A stretch of DNA of 64,000 nucleotides from an uncultured Candidatus Rokubacteria bacterium (GTDB lineage Bacteria; Methylomirabilota; Methylomirabilia; Rokubacteriales; DASRDR01). The notes under the pieces are model-generated. The model was not told the DNA's origin and ran no database searches. It saw only the letters and a program-made list of their open reading frames with translations. The DNA lies in assembly GCA_963805625.1 (NCBI GenBank), contig CAWDVE010000019.1:416001-480000 (forward strand). Direction: 5' to 3'. Of the stretch, positions 48,780 to 58,933 are shown piece after piece. Position numbers and translations under genes: made by a program. The stretch's first letter is position 1; each line of letters opens with the position of its first letter.

Positions 48780-50075
48780 ATGACCCGGAACAACCTGAGT
48801 GTGACCGACAACCGGACCGGCAAGACCTACGAGATCCCGATCGAGCACGGCGCGATCCGGGCAGTCGACCTCCGCCAGGTGAGGACGGGCCCCGACGACG
48901 TCGGCCTGCTCTCGTACGACCCCGCATTCATGAACACGGCGTCCTGCCGCAGCACAATCACGTACATCGACGGCGACCGCGGGATCCTCGAGTACCGGGG
49001 TTACCCGATCGAGCAGCTCGCCGAGCAGTCGTCGTACCTCGAGGTCGCGTACCTCCTGGTCCACGGCCAGCTGCCCACCGGAAGCCAGCTTACCGAGTGG
49101 CGCTGGGAGATCACGCACCACACGTGGATCCACGAGAACCTGAAGAAGTTCCTGGACACGTTCCACCACGACGCTCACCCGATGGCGATGCTCGTCTCCG
49201 CGGTCGCGGCGCTGTCGACGTTCTACCCCGAGGCGAAGAACGGCGCTGACGCCGAGGTCCGCCATCTGCAGGTCGTCCGCCTCATCGCCAAGATGCCGAC
49301 CCTCGCCGCGTTTGCCTATCGCCACGGGCTCGGCATGCCGTACGCGTACCCGGACAACGACCTCTCCTACGCCGGCAACTTCCTCAACATGCTCTTCAAG
49401 GCGACCGAGGTGAAGTACCAGCCGAACCCAGCCGTGGAGCGCGCCCTCGACGTGCTCTTCATCCTCCACGCGGACCACGAGCAGAACTGCTCCACGAACG
49501 CCGTGCGGGCCGTCGGCTCGTCCCAGGCCGACCCCTACTGCTCGCTCACCGCCGGCGTCGCCGCCCTCTACGGACCCCTCCACGGCGGCGCCAACGAGGC
49601 GGTCATCCGGATGCTCCAGGGCATCGGCTCCGTCCAGCAGGTGCCGGATTTCATCCGCCGCGTCAAGGGCGGGGAGGGCCGGCTCATGGGATTCGGGCAC
49701 CGCGTCTACAAGAACTACGATCCCCGCGCGAAGATCATCAAGCGGCTGGCGGAGGGGGTCTTTGCCGTTACCAAGCCCAACCCGCTGCTGTCCATCGCGC
49801 TCGAGCTCGAGCGCATCGCGCTCCAGGACGACTACTTCGTCCAGCGCAAGCTCTATCCAAACGTCGATTTCTACTCGGGTCTCATCTACCAGGCCCTCGG
49901 GTTTCCGGTCGACATGTTCCCGGTTCTCTTCGCGATCCCCCGGACCTCAGGCTGGCTCGCTCAGTGGCTGGAGATGACGGCCGATGCCGAGCAGAAGATC
50001 GCCCGGCCCCGGCAGCTCTACCTGGGCTCGCCGCGGAGGGAGTACGTTCCGGTCGACCGGCGCGAGGGGAGCTGA
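48780..50075 (+). CDS. gltA: Citrate synthase
   Basis: YRGYPIEQL, DHEQNCST, GPLHGGAN, GFGHRVYKNYDPR, YPNVDFYSG. Confidence 0.97.
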   Translation: MTRNNLSVTDNRTGKTYEIPIEHGAIRAVDLRQVRTGPDDVGLLSYDPAFMNTASCRSTITYIDGDRGILEYRGYPIEQLAEQSSYLEVAYLLVHGQLPTGSQLTEWRWEITHHTWIHENLKKFLDTFHHDAHPMAMLVSAVAALSTFYPEAKNGADAEVRHLQVVRLIAKMPTLAAFAYRHGLGMPYAYPDNDLSYAGNFLNMLFKATEVKYQPNPAVERALDVLFILHADHEQNCSTNAVRAVGSSQADPYCSLTAGVAALYGPLHGGANEAVIRMLQGIGSVQQVPDFIRRVKGGEGRLMGFGHRVYKNYDPRAKIIKRLAEGVFAVTKPNPLLSIALELERIALQDDYFVQRKLYPNVDFYSGLIYQALGFPVDMFPVLFAIPRTSGWLAQWLEMTADAEQKIARPRQLYLGSPRREYVPVDRREGS

Positions 50076-50152
50076 TCCAGTGTGCCAGCTGCCCGCACAA
50101 GAGCTCGACGAGGCCGAGTTCCTCGCGAGCCGGAAAGCCTAGGGAGGTTCCG

Positions 50153-51598
50153 ATGCCCGCCAGACCGTCTGTGAGCTACAGCCTGACCGTTCGCGTCGAG
50201 ATCCGGAACCGCCCCGGGATGCTCGGCAGGGTCACCTCGGCCATCAGCCGGGCCGGTGGGGATATCGGGGCCATTGACCTGATCCAGCCCGGCGGAAAGG
50301 TCCGAACCCGGGACATCACCTTCAACGCGCGTGACGATCGTCACGGCCAGGGGATCGTCGCGGGCCTCGGCAGGATCCGCGGCGTCCGCGTCGTCCACGT
50401 GTCCGACCGGACCTTCCTCATGCACCTCGGCGGCAAGATCGAGGTGCGCGGCAAGGTGCCGGTGAAGACGCGCGACGATCTCTCGATGGCCTACACCCCC
50501 GGCGTCGCCAGGATCTGCCTGGCGATCCGCGATGACCCCGAGAAGGCGTACACGCTGACGATCAAGCAAAACTCGGTTGCGGTCGTCACCGACGGCACGG
50601 CGGTTCTGGGGCTGGGGGACATCGGCCCCAAAGCGGCGATGCCGGTGATGGAGGGCAAGGCCCTTCTCTTCAAGGCCTTCGCCGAGGTGGACGCGTTCCC
50701 GCTCTGCCTCGACACCAAGGACCCGGACGAGATCGTGCGGATCGTCCGCGCGGTGGCGCCGGGGTTCGGGGGGATCAACCTCGAGGACATCGCCGCCCCC
50801 CGCTGCTTCGAGATCGAGGAGCGTCTCCGGAAGGAGCTCGACATCCCGGTCTTTCACGACGACCAGCACGGGACGGCGGTAGTCGTGCTCGCCGCGCTCC
50901 TGAACGCCCTCAAGGTCGTGAAGAAGAAGATGAGCGACGTCCGCGTGGTCTTCGCGGGCGCCGGGGCGTCGGGCATTGCCACCGCTAGGCTCTTGATGGC
51001 GGTCGGATGCCGGCAGATCGTCGGCTGCGATCGAGAGGGGGCGCTCTACCGGGGTCGGGTCGAGCACATGAACCCCGTCAAGGTGTGGTTCGCCGAGCAC
51101 ACGAACCCCCGGCGTCTCCGCGGTAGCCTGGCCGACGCGCTCCGGGGCGCGGACGTCTTCATCGGTCTCTCGGGGCCCGGTGTCGCCACCCGGCGAGACA
51201 TCCGTCGGATGGCACGGGATCCCATCGTGTTCGCCATGGCGAACCCCACGCCGGAAGTCATGCCCGAAGAAGTCCGGGGCATCGTCCGGGTCATGGCGAC
51301 CGGACGATCCGACTATCCGAATCAGATCAACAACGTGCTCTGCTTTCCGGGGTTCTTCCGGGGGCTCCTAGACGTGCGCGCCCGTGGAGTCAACGAGGAG
51401 ATGAAGATCGCCGCCGCCCGGGCGATCGCCTCGATCGTCCGGCCGAGCGAGATCGAGGAGGACTACGTCATCCCTTCCGTGTTCGATCGACGGGTTGTGG
51501 AGGCTGTCGCCAACGGTGTGGCGCAGGCGGCCGGCCGGACCGGCGTCGCGCGCCGCCTCCGCCGCCGCGCGGTTCCGGCCGTCACGCCCGCGAGATGA
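50153..51598 (+). CDS. NAD(P)-dependent malic enzyme with N-terminal ACT domain
   Basis: NRPGMLG (ACT); YTPGV, VMEGK, INLEDI, HDDQHGT, TGRSDYPNQINN. Confidence 0.95.
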   Translation: MPARPSVSYSLTVRVEIRNRPGMLGRVTSAISRAGGDIGAIDLIQPGGKVRTRDITFNARDDRHGQGIVAGLGRIRGVRVVHVSDRTFLMHLGGKIEVRGKVPVKTRDDLSMAYTPGVARICLAIRDDPEKAYTLTIKQNSVAVVTDGTAVLGLGDIGPKAAMPVMEGKALLFKAFAEVDAFPLCLDTKDPDEIVRIVRAVAPGFGGINLEDIAAPRCFEIEERLRKELDIPVFHDDQHGTAVVVLAALLNALKVVKKKMSDVRVVFAGAGASGIATARLLMAVGCRQIVGCDREGALYRGRVEHMNPVKVWFAEHTNPRRLRGSLADALRGADVFIGLSGPGVATRRDIRRMARDPIVFAMANPTPEVMPEEVRGIVRVMATGRSDYPNQINNVLCFPGFFRGLLDVRARGVNEEMKIAAARAIASIVRPSEIEEDYVIPSVFDRRVVEAVANGVAQAAGRTGVARRLRRRAVPAVTPAR

Positions 51599-51700
51599 GC
51601 CCGAACCGGGGGGCGATGGCGCACGGCGATCGCTCCCGGCCCTCTTGCGGCCGGGCTCCGACTGGACGGTCACCGTGCGGACCAGCCGAAGCTCAAGACG

Positions 51701-52534
51701 CTACGGTCCCATCGAGCTTCGGAGGAACGCGAGAACCTCGACGGACCAGATGTGCGCGCCGCGCGTGCATAGCTCATGACCATCCTGCGCACTGATCCCG
51801 AACGTAGGGAGAATGAGAAGCTTGAACGGCTTGCCTTGCTTCTCCAGTTCCTTCGTGAGTGACCGACTGGGCTCCAGGTCATAGTCATTCTGAGCCTGGA
51901 CGAACATGATGGGGATTGTTGCTTGTCGCACGGCTTTCCGTAGCCGATCACGGAGGGCAAACGAGTGCTTCCACGTTTGGGCGGCCGCGGCAAACGCGAT
52001 TGCGGCGCGCGCTCCGTGCCCCTGCTCGGCGGCCAGGAGGGTTTGGATCCCGCCAAACGAGCAGCCCGCGATGGCGATCCGACTATCGTCGACGTAGGGA
52101 AGTGCGCGCACGAAGGCCAGCGCCGCGAGCTGGTCTTGGAGATGCTCTTCCTGCAGTGAAACCAGCCGTCGGCTCCAAGCATCGGGGCCGCGCTGCTCCA
52201 TTTCCCGGCGAAGTAGATCCATGATGTAGTCGCCGGGTGACCTTCCCTGGCCGCGGCGATGCGGGACGAAGAGGACATGGCCCGCCGCCGTGAACACCGG
52301 GGCCAGTGCGGGCAACCAACCGGGGCGCTGCTCACTCCCGTGGTTCCACAGCACGACTGGAAACCGAGCGGATCCTTCGGGCTTGTGGATGAAACCCCGC
52401 AGCGTGAGCGTGCCGCTCTCGAACGTGACCTCTTCAGGCGGTCCGGCCCCTGCCTGCTGAGCCTGGGCAGCGGGCGGCGCGAAGGGGCAACCCAGAATCA
52501 AGACGGCGACGAGAGCGGCCCGAGCCGCCTTCAT
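51701..52534 (-). CDS. Secreted dienelactone-hydrolase-like serine hydrolase
   Basis: Signal peptide; WNHGS, RRGQG, GCSFGG, QNDY, DGH; paralog of 31629-32717. Confidence 0.85.
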   Translation of the reverse strand: MKAARAALVAVLILGCPFAPPAAQAQQAGAGPPEEVTFESGTLTLRGFIHKPEGSARFPVVLWNHGSEQRPGWLPALAPVFTAAGHVLFVPHRRGQGRSPGDYIMDLLRREMEQRGPDAWSRRLVSLQEEHLQDQLAALAFVRALPYVDDSRIAIAGCSFGGIQTLLAAEQGHGARAAIAFAAAAQTWKHSFALRDRLRKAVRQATIPIMFVQAQNDYDLEPSRSLTKELEKQGKPFKLLILPTFGISAQDGHELCTRGAHIWSVEVLAFLRSSMGP

Positions 52535-52681
52535 GCTCCCCTCCTCTGGAAAACTCCGGCGAAACGCTGCAACAGCATAGCTCTGGTCGTGCCTGGCAGA
52601 AAGCTTCTCCCGGAAGCTGCGCCGGCGGAACGGGGACTTACCGGCGAGGAGCATCCGCAGGGCGACTTCGAGCCGCTGCTC

Positions 52682-53875
52682 TCAGGCCGGGCGGGTCGAT
52701 GGGGAGCCCGTTTGCGCCCTGATCGACGCGGCGAGGAGCGCGGCGGCTGCCATACCCAGCAACGGGCCCGCGGTCACGAGGATCGCCGTCCAGCCGTGCC
52801 GGTGCAGCAGCTGTCCGGACGACAGCGAGGTCACCGCGACCGTCGCCCAGATCAGGAAGTCGTTGGCCGCCTGAGCCTTTGTCCGCTCGCCGGGCGTGTA
52901 GGTCCGGGTCACCAGGGTGGAGCCTCCGACGAACATGAGGTTCCAGCCCACGCCGACCAGCAAGAGCGCCAGCCAGAAGTGCCATACCGTAGAGCCGGAG
53001 AAGCCCGCCGCGAGGCTTCCCGCATTGACCGCGATCCCGATCGCAATCGTCGCGCGCTCCCCGATTCGCTGGATGAGCGAGCCCGTGAAGAACCCGGGGA
53101 GGAACATGCCGACGAGGTGCCACTCGATGACGAAGGCCGCGTCCCGGAGGCCGTGGCCGTGGTGGGCCACCATGGCCAGCGGCGTGCCGGTCATGAGGAG
53201 ATTCATCACGCCGTAACCGGCCATCTCGCTGGCGACGGCCACCAGGAAGAGAGGCTGACGGACGATCGTGACGACGCTGCGCGCCATGCCCGCGACCCGA
53301 GACTCGACGGCCTCCGGGAGGCGGAGCCCCAGCATGAGTCCCATGCTCGCCAGGGCGAGGAGCGGGATGCACAGAAAGGACGCGACGAACCGCGTGCCCA
53401 GGAGATCCGCGGTCGAGCCTGCCAGCTGGGGCCCGATGAAACCCGCCAGGAGGCCGCCGGCGAGGACGAGCGAGATCGCGCGGCCGCGGCGCTCCGACGT
53501 GACGGCCTCGGCCGCGGCGAAGCGGTAGAGCTGGGCGAAGGCCGACGAGACACCCATGAGGAAGCCGCCAGCGGTGAGGAGCCAGAAGCTCTGGGTCACG
53601 ACGGCCCAGGCCCCCACGAGGCCGCCGGCCATCGTGAAGGCGCTTCCCACGATGAACCCGAGCCGGCGCCCCACGCGGCGCATGATGAGCGAGGCCGGGA
53701 TCGTGCCGAGGGCGGTGCCCACCGTGAGCGCGGTCGCCGGCAGCGTGGCGAGGGCCTTGTTGGCGGCGAGCGCGTGCCCCGCGAGGGTGCCGATGGTTGC
53801 CATCAGCGCGGCGGTGCTGATGAAGGCGGCCTGACAGAACGCGAGGAGGAGGACGTTCCGGCGGCTTCGGTCCAC
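52682..53875 (-). CDS. MFS transporter
   Basis: About 12 TM; GRRLGF, YRFAAAE, WHLVGMFLP, GWNLMFVGG. Confidence 0.92.
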   Translation of the reverse strand: MDRSRRNVLLLAFCQAAFISTAALMATIGTLAGHALAANKALATLPATALTVGTALGTIPASLIMRRVGRRLGFIVGSAFTMAGGLVGAWAVVTQSFWLLTAGGFLMGVSSAFAQLYRFAAAEAVTSERRGRAISLVLAGGLLAGFIGPQLAGSTADLLGTRFVASFLCIPLLALASMGLMLGLRLPEAVESRVAGMARSVVTIVRQPLFLVAVASEMAGYGVMNLLMTGTPLAMVAHHGHGLRDAAFVIEWHLVGMFLPGFFTGSLIQRIGERATIAIGIAVNAGSLAAGFSGSTVWHFWLALLLVGVGWNLMFVGGSTLVTRTYTPGERTKAQAANDFLIWATVAVTSLSSGQLLHRHGWTAILVTAGPLLGMAAAALLAASIRAQTGSPSTRPA

Positions 53876-53982
53876 GGGGCTCTCTTGTACCACAAGTGTG
53901 TCGTCTGGGACGGCGCACACTCGCGGTATGATCGGGCGTTGGATGACGGGGCGATGGAGAGTGTGAGCGGGGAGGAGGAAGG

Positions 53983-54777
53983 GTGACGGTGACGACCGGC
54001 GTCGGGGGCGGGATCCTGCTGGAGCGCGACGGGCGCGTGGCGATTCTCACGGTCAATCGCGCTGAGGCGCGGAACGCGATGACGTTCGAGATGTACGATG
54101 CGCTCCACGACCACATGGAGCGCCTCGACGCCGACGCCGACGTCCGCGTGATCGTGCTGCGCGGGGCGGGCGACAAGGCGTTCGTCAGTGGCACCGACAT
54201 CCGCCAGTTCCTCGAGTTCCGGACGCGCGAGCACGCCGTCGCCTACGAGGCCCGCATAGGTCGTGTTCTCCGACGGATTCACGGGATGGCCAAGCCGACG
54301 ATCGCGATGGTGCAGGGAGACGCGGTAGGAGGCGGCCTGTTCATGTCCCTCGCGTGCGACCTCCGGCTGGCCGCGGTCCACGCGCGCTTCGGGGCGCCGG
54401 TGGCGCGCACCCTCGGGAACTGCCCCGCGCCGTCGAGCGTGTCGCTGCTGGCCGCCACCGTCGGACCAATCCGGGCGCGGGAGCTCATGCTGACCGCCCG
54501 GCTCGTCGACGCCCCGGAGGCGAAGGCGCTCGGGCTCGTCGACGAGGTGCACCCGGCCGACGCGCTCGAGCGACGCGTCCGCGAGCTGGCGGCGCAGATC
54601 GCGACGTTCGCGCCGCTCACCCTCGCCGCGGCCAAGGAGGCGACGCGCCGCATCCTCGCGGCGTTCACCGTGAAGGACGCCGAGGATCTCCTCCTCTCCT
54701 GCTACCTGAGCGAGGACTTCCAGGAGGGCGTCCGGGCGTTCCTCGAGAAGCGGCGCGCGGAGTGGAAGGGCCGCTGA
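53983..54777 (+). CDS. Enoyl-CoA hydratase/isomerase family protein
   Basis: NAMT, AFVSGTDI, KPTIA, AVGGG, EDFQEGVRAFLEKR. Confidence 0.92.
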   Translation: MTVTTGVGGGILLERDGRVAILTVNRAEARNAMTFEMYDALHDHMERLDADADVRVIVLRGAGDKAFVSGTDIRQFLEFRTREHAVAYEARIGRVLRRIHGMAKPTIAMVQGDAVGGGLFMSLACDLRLAAVHARFGAPVARTLGNCPAPSSVSLLAATVGPIRARELMLTARLVDAPEAKALGLVDEVHPADALERRVRELAAQIATFAPLTLAAAKEATRRILAAFTVKDAEDLLLSCYLSEDFQEGVRAFLEKRRAEWKGR

Positions 54778-54824
54778 CGCCCTCACCGCCGGTGGCCACG
54801 ACCCACCGGGCGCGACCCGGCGGG

Positions 54825-55973
54825 ATGGCGGTGGACGTCGCGGTCGTGGGCGCGGGGCCCGCGGGCGCCACGGCGGCGCTCGTCCTCGCGCGGGCGGGAG
54901 TCGAGGTGGCCCTCCTCGATCGGGCTCCGCTTCCCCGGGACAAGACGTGCGGGGGCGGGGTCGTCGCGCGCGCGCTCGGATCGCTGCCGTCCGGTGTCGG
55001 GATTCCCGTCGAGCGGCGCCTCGCGCGGGTCGAATCGCGCTTCGCGGACGCGGGCGTCGCCGTCACCGTCGAGCGAGAAACGCCGCTCGTCCACATGGCC
55101 ATGCGCGCGCCGCTCGACCTCGCGCTCGCCGAGGCCGCGCGTGCCGCTGGCGCGGCGCTCCACGCCCCGTGCGCCCTGGAGCGCGTTGGTCTCGCGCCGG
55201 ATCACGTCCAGCTCGAGACGAGCCGCGGGCCCTTCCGTGCCCGGTTCCTGGTCGCGGCCGACGGCGCCACGGGCCCAACCGCCCGCGCGACAGGCTGGAC
55301 CGAGCCCTTGGCCTCGGTGCCCGCCCTCGACGCCGAGGTGGAGGTGCCGCCCCGCGTCCTCGCGCGCTTCGCCGACCGCGCCCGGTTCGATCTCGGCACT
55401 CCGGCCGGCGGCTACGGGTGGATCTTCCCCAAGGCGGACCATCTCTCGGTGGGCGTCGGCGTCTTCACGCGGGGCGGGGCGCGGCGCCGGCTCCGAGATG
55501 AGCTCGTCCGTTACCTCCACGCCGTCGGACTCGGCGAGGCGACCGTGCGTCGGGTCCGCGGGGCGCCCATCCCCGTGCGACCCCGCCGGGACGCCGCCCG
55601 CGGTCGGGTGCTCCTCGCCGGCGACGCCGCCGGTCTCGCGGATCCGCTCACGGGCGAGGGGATCTCCGTCGCGATCCTGAGCGGCTGCCTCGCCGCCGAA
55701 TCGCTGCTCGCGACCCGGCTCGACTCCCGGAGCGCAGCCCGCGTCTATGTCGCGTCGCTCCAGCGGAGCATCCTCCGCGATCTTCGCATTGCGCGGGGCC
55801 TGGCGTGGGTGCTCTACGGTCGGCCGGCTCTCGCGCGCCGCCTCGTGCCGCGTCTCGGCCAGCTTGCCGGAGAGGCGCTGACCGAGGTCGTGGCCGGCCG
55901 CCGCACCTACCGCGCCCTGGTCGGCAGCGGCCGGGCCTGGCGGCGGCTTCTGGCGGCGCTCGCGATTCGCTGA
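54825..55973 (+). CDS. Geranylgeranyl reductase family FAD oxidoreductase
   Basis: GAGPAG, PRDKTCGGG, ADGA, GYGWIFP, GDAAG..DPLTGEGI. Confidence 0.92.
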   Translation: MAVDVAVVGAGPAGATAALVLARAGVEVALLDRAPLPRDKTCGGGVVARALGSLPSGVGIPVERRLARVESRFADAGVAVTVERETPLVHMAMRAPLDLALAEAARAAGAALHAPCALERVGLAPDHVQLETSRGPFRARFLVAADGATGPTARATGWTEPLASVPALDAEVEVPPRVLARFADRARFDLGTPAGGYGWIFPKADHLSVGVGVFTRGGARRRLRDELVRYLHAVGLGEATVRRVRGAPIPVRPRRDAARGRVLLAGDAAGLADPLTGEGISVAILSGCLAAESLLATRLDSRSAARVYVASLQRSILRDLRIARGLAWVLYGRPALARRLVPRLGQLAGEALTEVVAGRRTYRALVGSGRAWRRLLAALAIR

Positions 55974-56002
55974 CCCCTCTCCCAACATCCGGAGGTCATC
56001 CG

Positions 56003-56722
56003 ATGACAGAAGCTCCCGTGGTTCCCGCCGAGAAGCTCGCGCAGCTTGGCCGCTTCCCGACCCAGACCCTGATCGACGCGCTGTGGGTCAAGCAGTGGCC
56101 TCCGGCGATGATCCACGGCGCCCGGCCGCTCTTCCCGGGCCGGAAGATGGCCGGACGCGCGGTCACCCTCCGGTTCGTGCCCCACCGGCCGGACGTGGCG
56201 GCCGACAAGCCTAAGGGGGAGGCGTCCCCGGAATACGTCGCCTTCGAGCTGTGCGGCCCGCACGACGTGCTGGTGGCGTCGTCGGTTGGGCCGTGGGAGT
56301 CGATCGGCGGCGACATCAAGCTCCTGCGGCTGTTCCAGCGCCAGATCGCCGGGCTCGTCACGGACGGCTCCGTGCGCGACAGCGAGATCCTCCGGACGTA
56401 CGGCTTTCCCGTGTACTGCCACTCGACGACCGCCAAACAGGGGCCGGCCGTGCACTGGCCCTGGGGCGTGAACGAGGTGATCGCCTGTGGCGGGATCGCC
56501 GTCCGCCCGGGCGACGCCGTCGTCGGCGACAACGACGGCGTCGTGGTCGTACCGGCGCCGCTGGTGGACGAGGTCATCAAGGTCGCGTCCGAGCGGGAGT
56601 CCGTGGAGCGGGTGATCAAGAAGGAGCTCGAGCGCCACCCGGGGTCCCCGGGGCGCTACTACCCCTTCAACGAGGCGACCTGGAAGCTCTACGAGGAGTA
56701 CAAGCGCCGCGGCGAGGCCTGA
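56003..56722 (+). CDS. RraA/HMG-aldolase family protein
   Basis: GRAVTL, DGSVRD, VRPGD.VVGD.DGVVVVP; GGAGG RBS. Confidence 0.88.
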   Translation: MTEAPVVPAEKLAQLGRFPTQTLIDALWVKQWPPAMIHGARPLFPGRKMAGRAVTLRFVPHRPDVAADKPKGEASPEYVAFELCGPHDVLVASSVGPWESIGGDIKLLRLFQRQIAGLVTDGSVRDSEILRTYGFPVYCHSTTAKQGPAVHWPWGVNEVIACGGIAVRPGDAVVGDNDGVVVVPAPLVDEVIKVASERESVERVIKKELERHPGSPGRYYPFNEATWKLYEEYKRRGEA

Positions 56723-56774
56723 GCATCTCCGCGCGGTCGGCGCCGTCAGACCCGTTCACGCGACGACACCTTGG

Positions 56775-57166
56775 GAGGATGAGCCCGTCTCCGACCGGGT
56801 TCCCTGCCAGCACGAACACGATGGGAATCGAGGCGGTGGCTTTGCGGACAGCCAGCGCCGCCGCCGTGCTCGGCGCAACGATCACGTCGACCTGGAGGCG
56901 AACCAGCCCGGACGCGAGGTCGGGGAAGCGCTCGACCGCCCCTCCGCATAGCGGTACTCGATGGCGATGTTCCGACCTTCGACATACCCGAGGCCTCGGA
57001 GACCTTGGCGGAACGCATCCGCACTTGGCAGTGGGTCGCCCTCCGTCCCGCCGACAAGGAACCCGATGCGTGGGATCTTCGCCCCCGGCTGTGCCTCCGC
57101 GCTGAGCGGGATGGTGAGCAGACCGACGGCCAGGACCATCGCGCGGACTGGCCGTGGAGCAGTCAT
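56775..57166 (-). pseudogene. Frameshifted, truncated ABC substrate-binding protein
   Basis: AFRQGLRGLGYVEGRNIAIEYRYAEG, then another frame VERFPDLA..VDVIVA..ATASIPIVF..NPVG, then truncation. Confidence 0.8.
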
Positions 57167-57506
57167 GGGAGTCTCCAGCGTGGTCTGGTACTTGGACCTG
57201 CGGACGCCATGCCTCAGGGGCGCCTACGCGACGACACCGAGGCAAAGTCCGACAGACGGACCACGACGGTGGGTGACGTCGTCGTGGACGTCGGCAGCGA
57301 GCGCGCTGGCGATCAGGGGCTGTACTTCAGCTGGACGGCCGCGGGACGGCCGCGGCGTTCGCGACGGGTGCGCGTAGGACGTGCTCGTCGCCCTCCAGCA
57401 AGCCGCATCCCGCCGGGTCGGCGCCTTTCGGCTGCCGACCCGGCGATCGACCGCAGTTCCCGCCCCCGACCCGTCGGTGCCCCGTCGGGCCGAGGCGAAG
57501 GCTCCT

Positions 57507-58811
57507 CTAATCCTTGTACTTCGCCCAGATGGCGACCAGCTTCTGACGCGCCTCGTCGGCGGCCTTCTCGGGCTCCCAGTTCTCGACGAGGACCCGCGCC
57601 GCCATGTCCGGCAGCACGTAGGTGTTCGTGGCCTCGCCGAAGCCGGCGTGCGGGGGGCCGGAATACGAGATGAGCTGGCCGGTCTGGGCCAGCTTGTTGT
57701 ACTCGGCGTAGATGCCGGTGTTCCACAGGGGATCCTTGGCGATGTCCTTGTAGACCGGCAGCCAGCGGCCCGTCAGCGCCTTGATGAACGTCTCGTAGCG
57801 CTTCGGCTGCATCGTGTAGGCGAGGCACGCCTTGGCTTCCTCGGGAAACTTGGTCTGCTTGAACGCGCCGAAGCACCACGCGTCCACCACGCTCTTCCCC
57901 GGGCTCGGGTAAAGCTTCGTCCGCTTGGCCAGATCCGGCTTCTCCTGCAGGAGCCAGGACATGACACTGGCGGGGTTGTGAATGAACACCGCCTGCTCCG
58001 ACTGGAAGGCCTTGTTGTTGCCGGTGTCATCCCAGTTGATCGCGCCCTGGGGGATGATCTTGTCGTCCTTGTACCACTTCTTCATCAGCTGGAGGACCTT
58101 GGCCACCGGCCCGACCTGGAAGTCCAGGTTGCCGTCGTCGTTCTCCATCTTGCCGCCCATCTCCCACAGGACCGGCATGAAGTTGTCCTCGAAGTCGCCG
58201 CCGCTCCGGCCGACGGCCATGCCGTACCCGACGAGTTGAGGCGGCTTCTGGAGCTTCTTCGCCACCGCGCCCAGCTCGACCCACGTCTTCGGGAACTGCT
58301 TGATGCCCGCCGCGTCCAGAAGATCCTGGCGGGCGTGGATGGGCCAGGGGTTCATCACGGTGGGCACCGACCAGTACTTCCCCTTGTGCCTGACCGTCAT
58401 GAGCGCTGCATCGAACATGCCCCCGCCGAGCTTCGTGAGGGGCTCGACCACGTCGGTGACGTCCAGCAGGCTGCCCTTGCCCCGGTAGTAGGCAGTGTCC
58501 GCGTCGTACAGGAAGGAGATGTCTGGCGGAGCGCCCGCCTCGAGGGCCGCCGGCAGCTTCTCGATCAGGGTGTTGTAGGCCATGATCTGGAAGTCGATGT
58601 CGACGTTGTGCTCTTTCCCGTAGCTCTCGTACAGGCCCTTCAGCGCCGCATCGGCCTGCTTGGTGAAGCTCGACTGGGTCCAGATGGTCAGCTTGGGCTT
58701 GGCCTTCCCGGTCTGCGCTGACGCCGCGGGCGCGGCCGCCAGCGTGCCGCCGGCCACCACCAGCTTGACGAACTGCCGACGACCGAGCCCATTCTCTCGA
58801 GGTTCCGACAT
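57507..58811 (-). CDS. ABC solute-binding protein (family 1), Tat-exported
   Basis: GRRQFVK Tat motif; NWDDTGNN; GAAGGAGG RBS; paralog of 2631-4043. Confidence 0.92.
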   Translation of the reverse strand: MSEPRENGLGRRQFVKLVVAGGTLAAAPAASAQTGKAKPKLTIWTQSSFTKQADAALKGLYESYGKEHNVDIDFQIMAYNTLIEKLPAALEAGAPPDISFLYDADTAYYRGKGSLLDVTDVVEPLTKLGGGMFDAALMTVRHKGKYWSVPTVMNPWPIHARQDLLDAAGIKQFPKTWVELGAVAKKLQKPPQLVGYGMAVGRSGGDFEDNFMPVLWEMGGKMENDDGNLDFQVGPVAKVLQLMKKWYKDDKIIPQGAINWDDTGNNKAFQSEQAVFIHNPASVMSWLLQEKPDLAKRTKLYPSPGKSVVDAWCFGAFKQTKFPEEAKACLAYTMQPKRYETFIKALTGRWLPVYKDIAKDPLWNTGIYAEYNKLAQTGQLISYSGPPHAGFGEATNTYVLPDMAARVLVENWEPEKAADEARQKLVAIWAKYKD

Positions 58812-58933
58812 GGGAGTTTCCTCCTTCCCACTGCGTTGACGACTCGACTGAGCGGTTCCTTCCTCTCGCCTCGTCCCCGGCGCTCCGATTATAGCTCTGA
58901 CTGGCCGCGAGGTGGGCAGGGCCCACGCGTCCG

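Noticed and set aside
56003-56722. RraA-like gene as the menaquinone methyltransferase MenG beside a MenJ-like reductase
   Set aside because: The MenG label for this family is a known misannotation, and no SAM-binding motif is present
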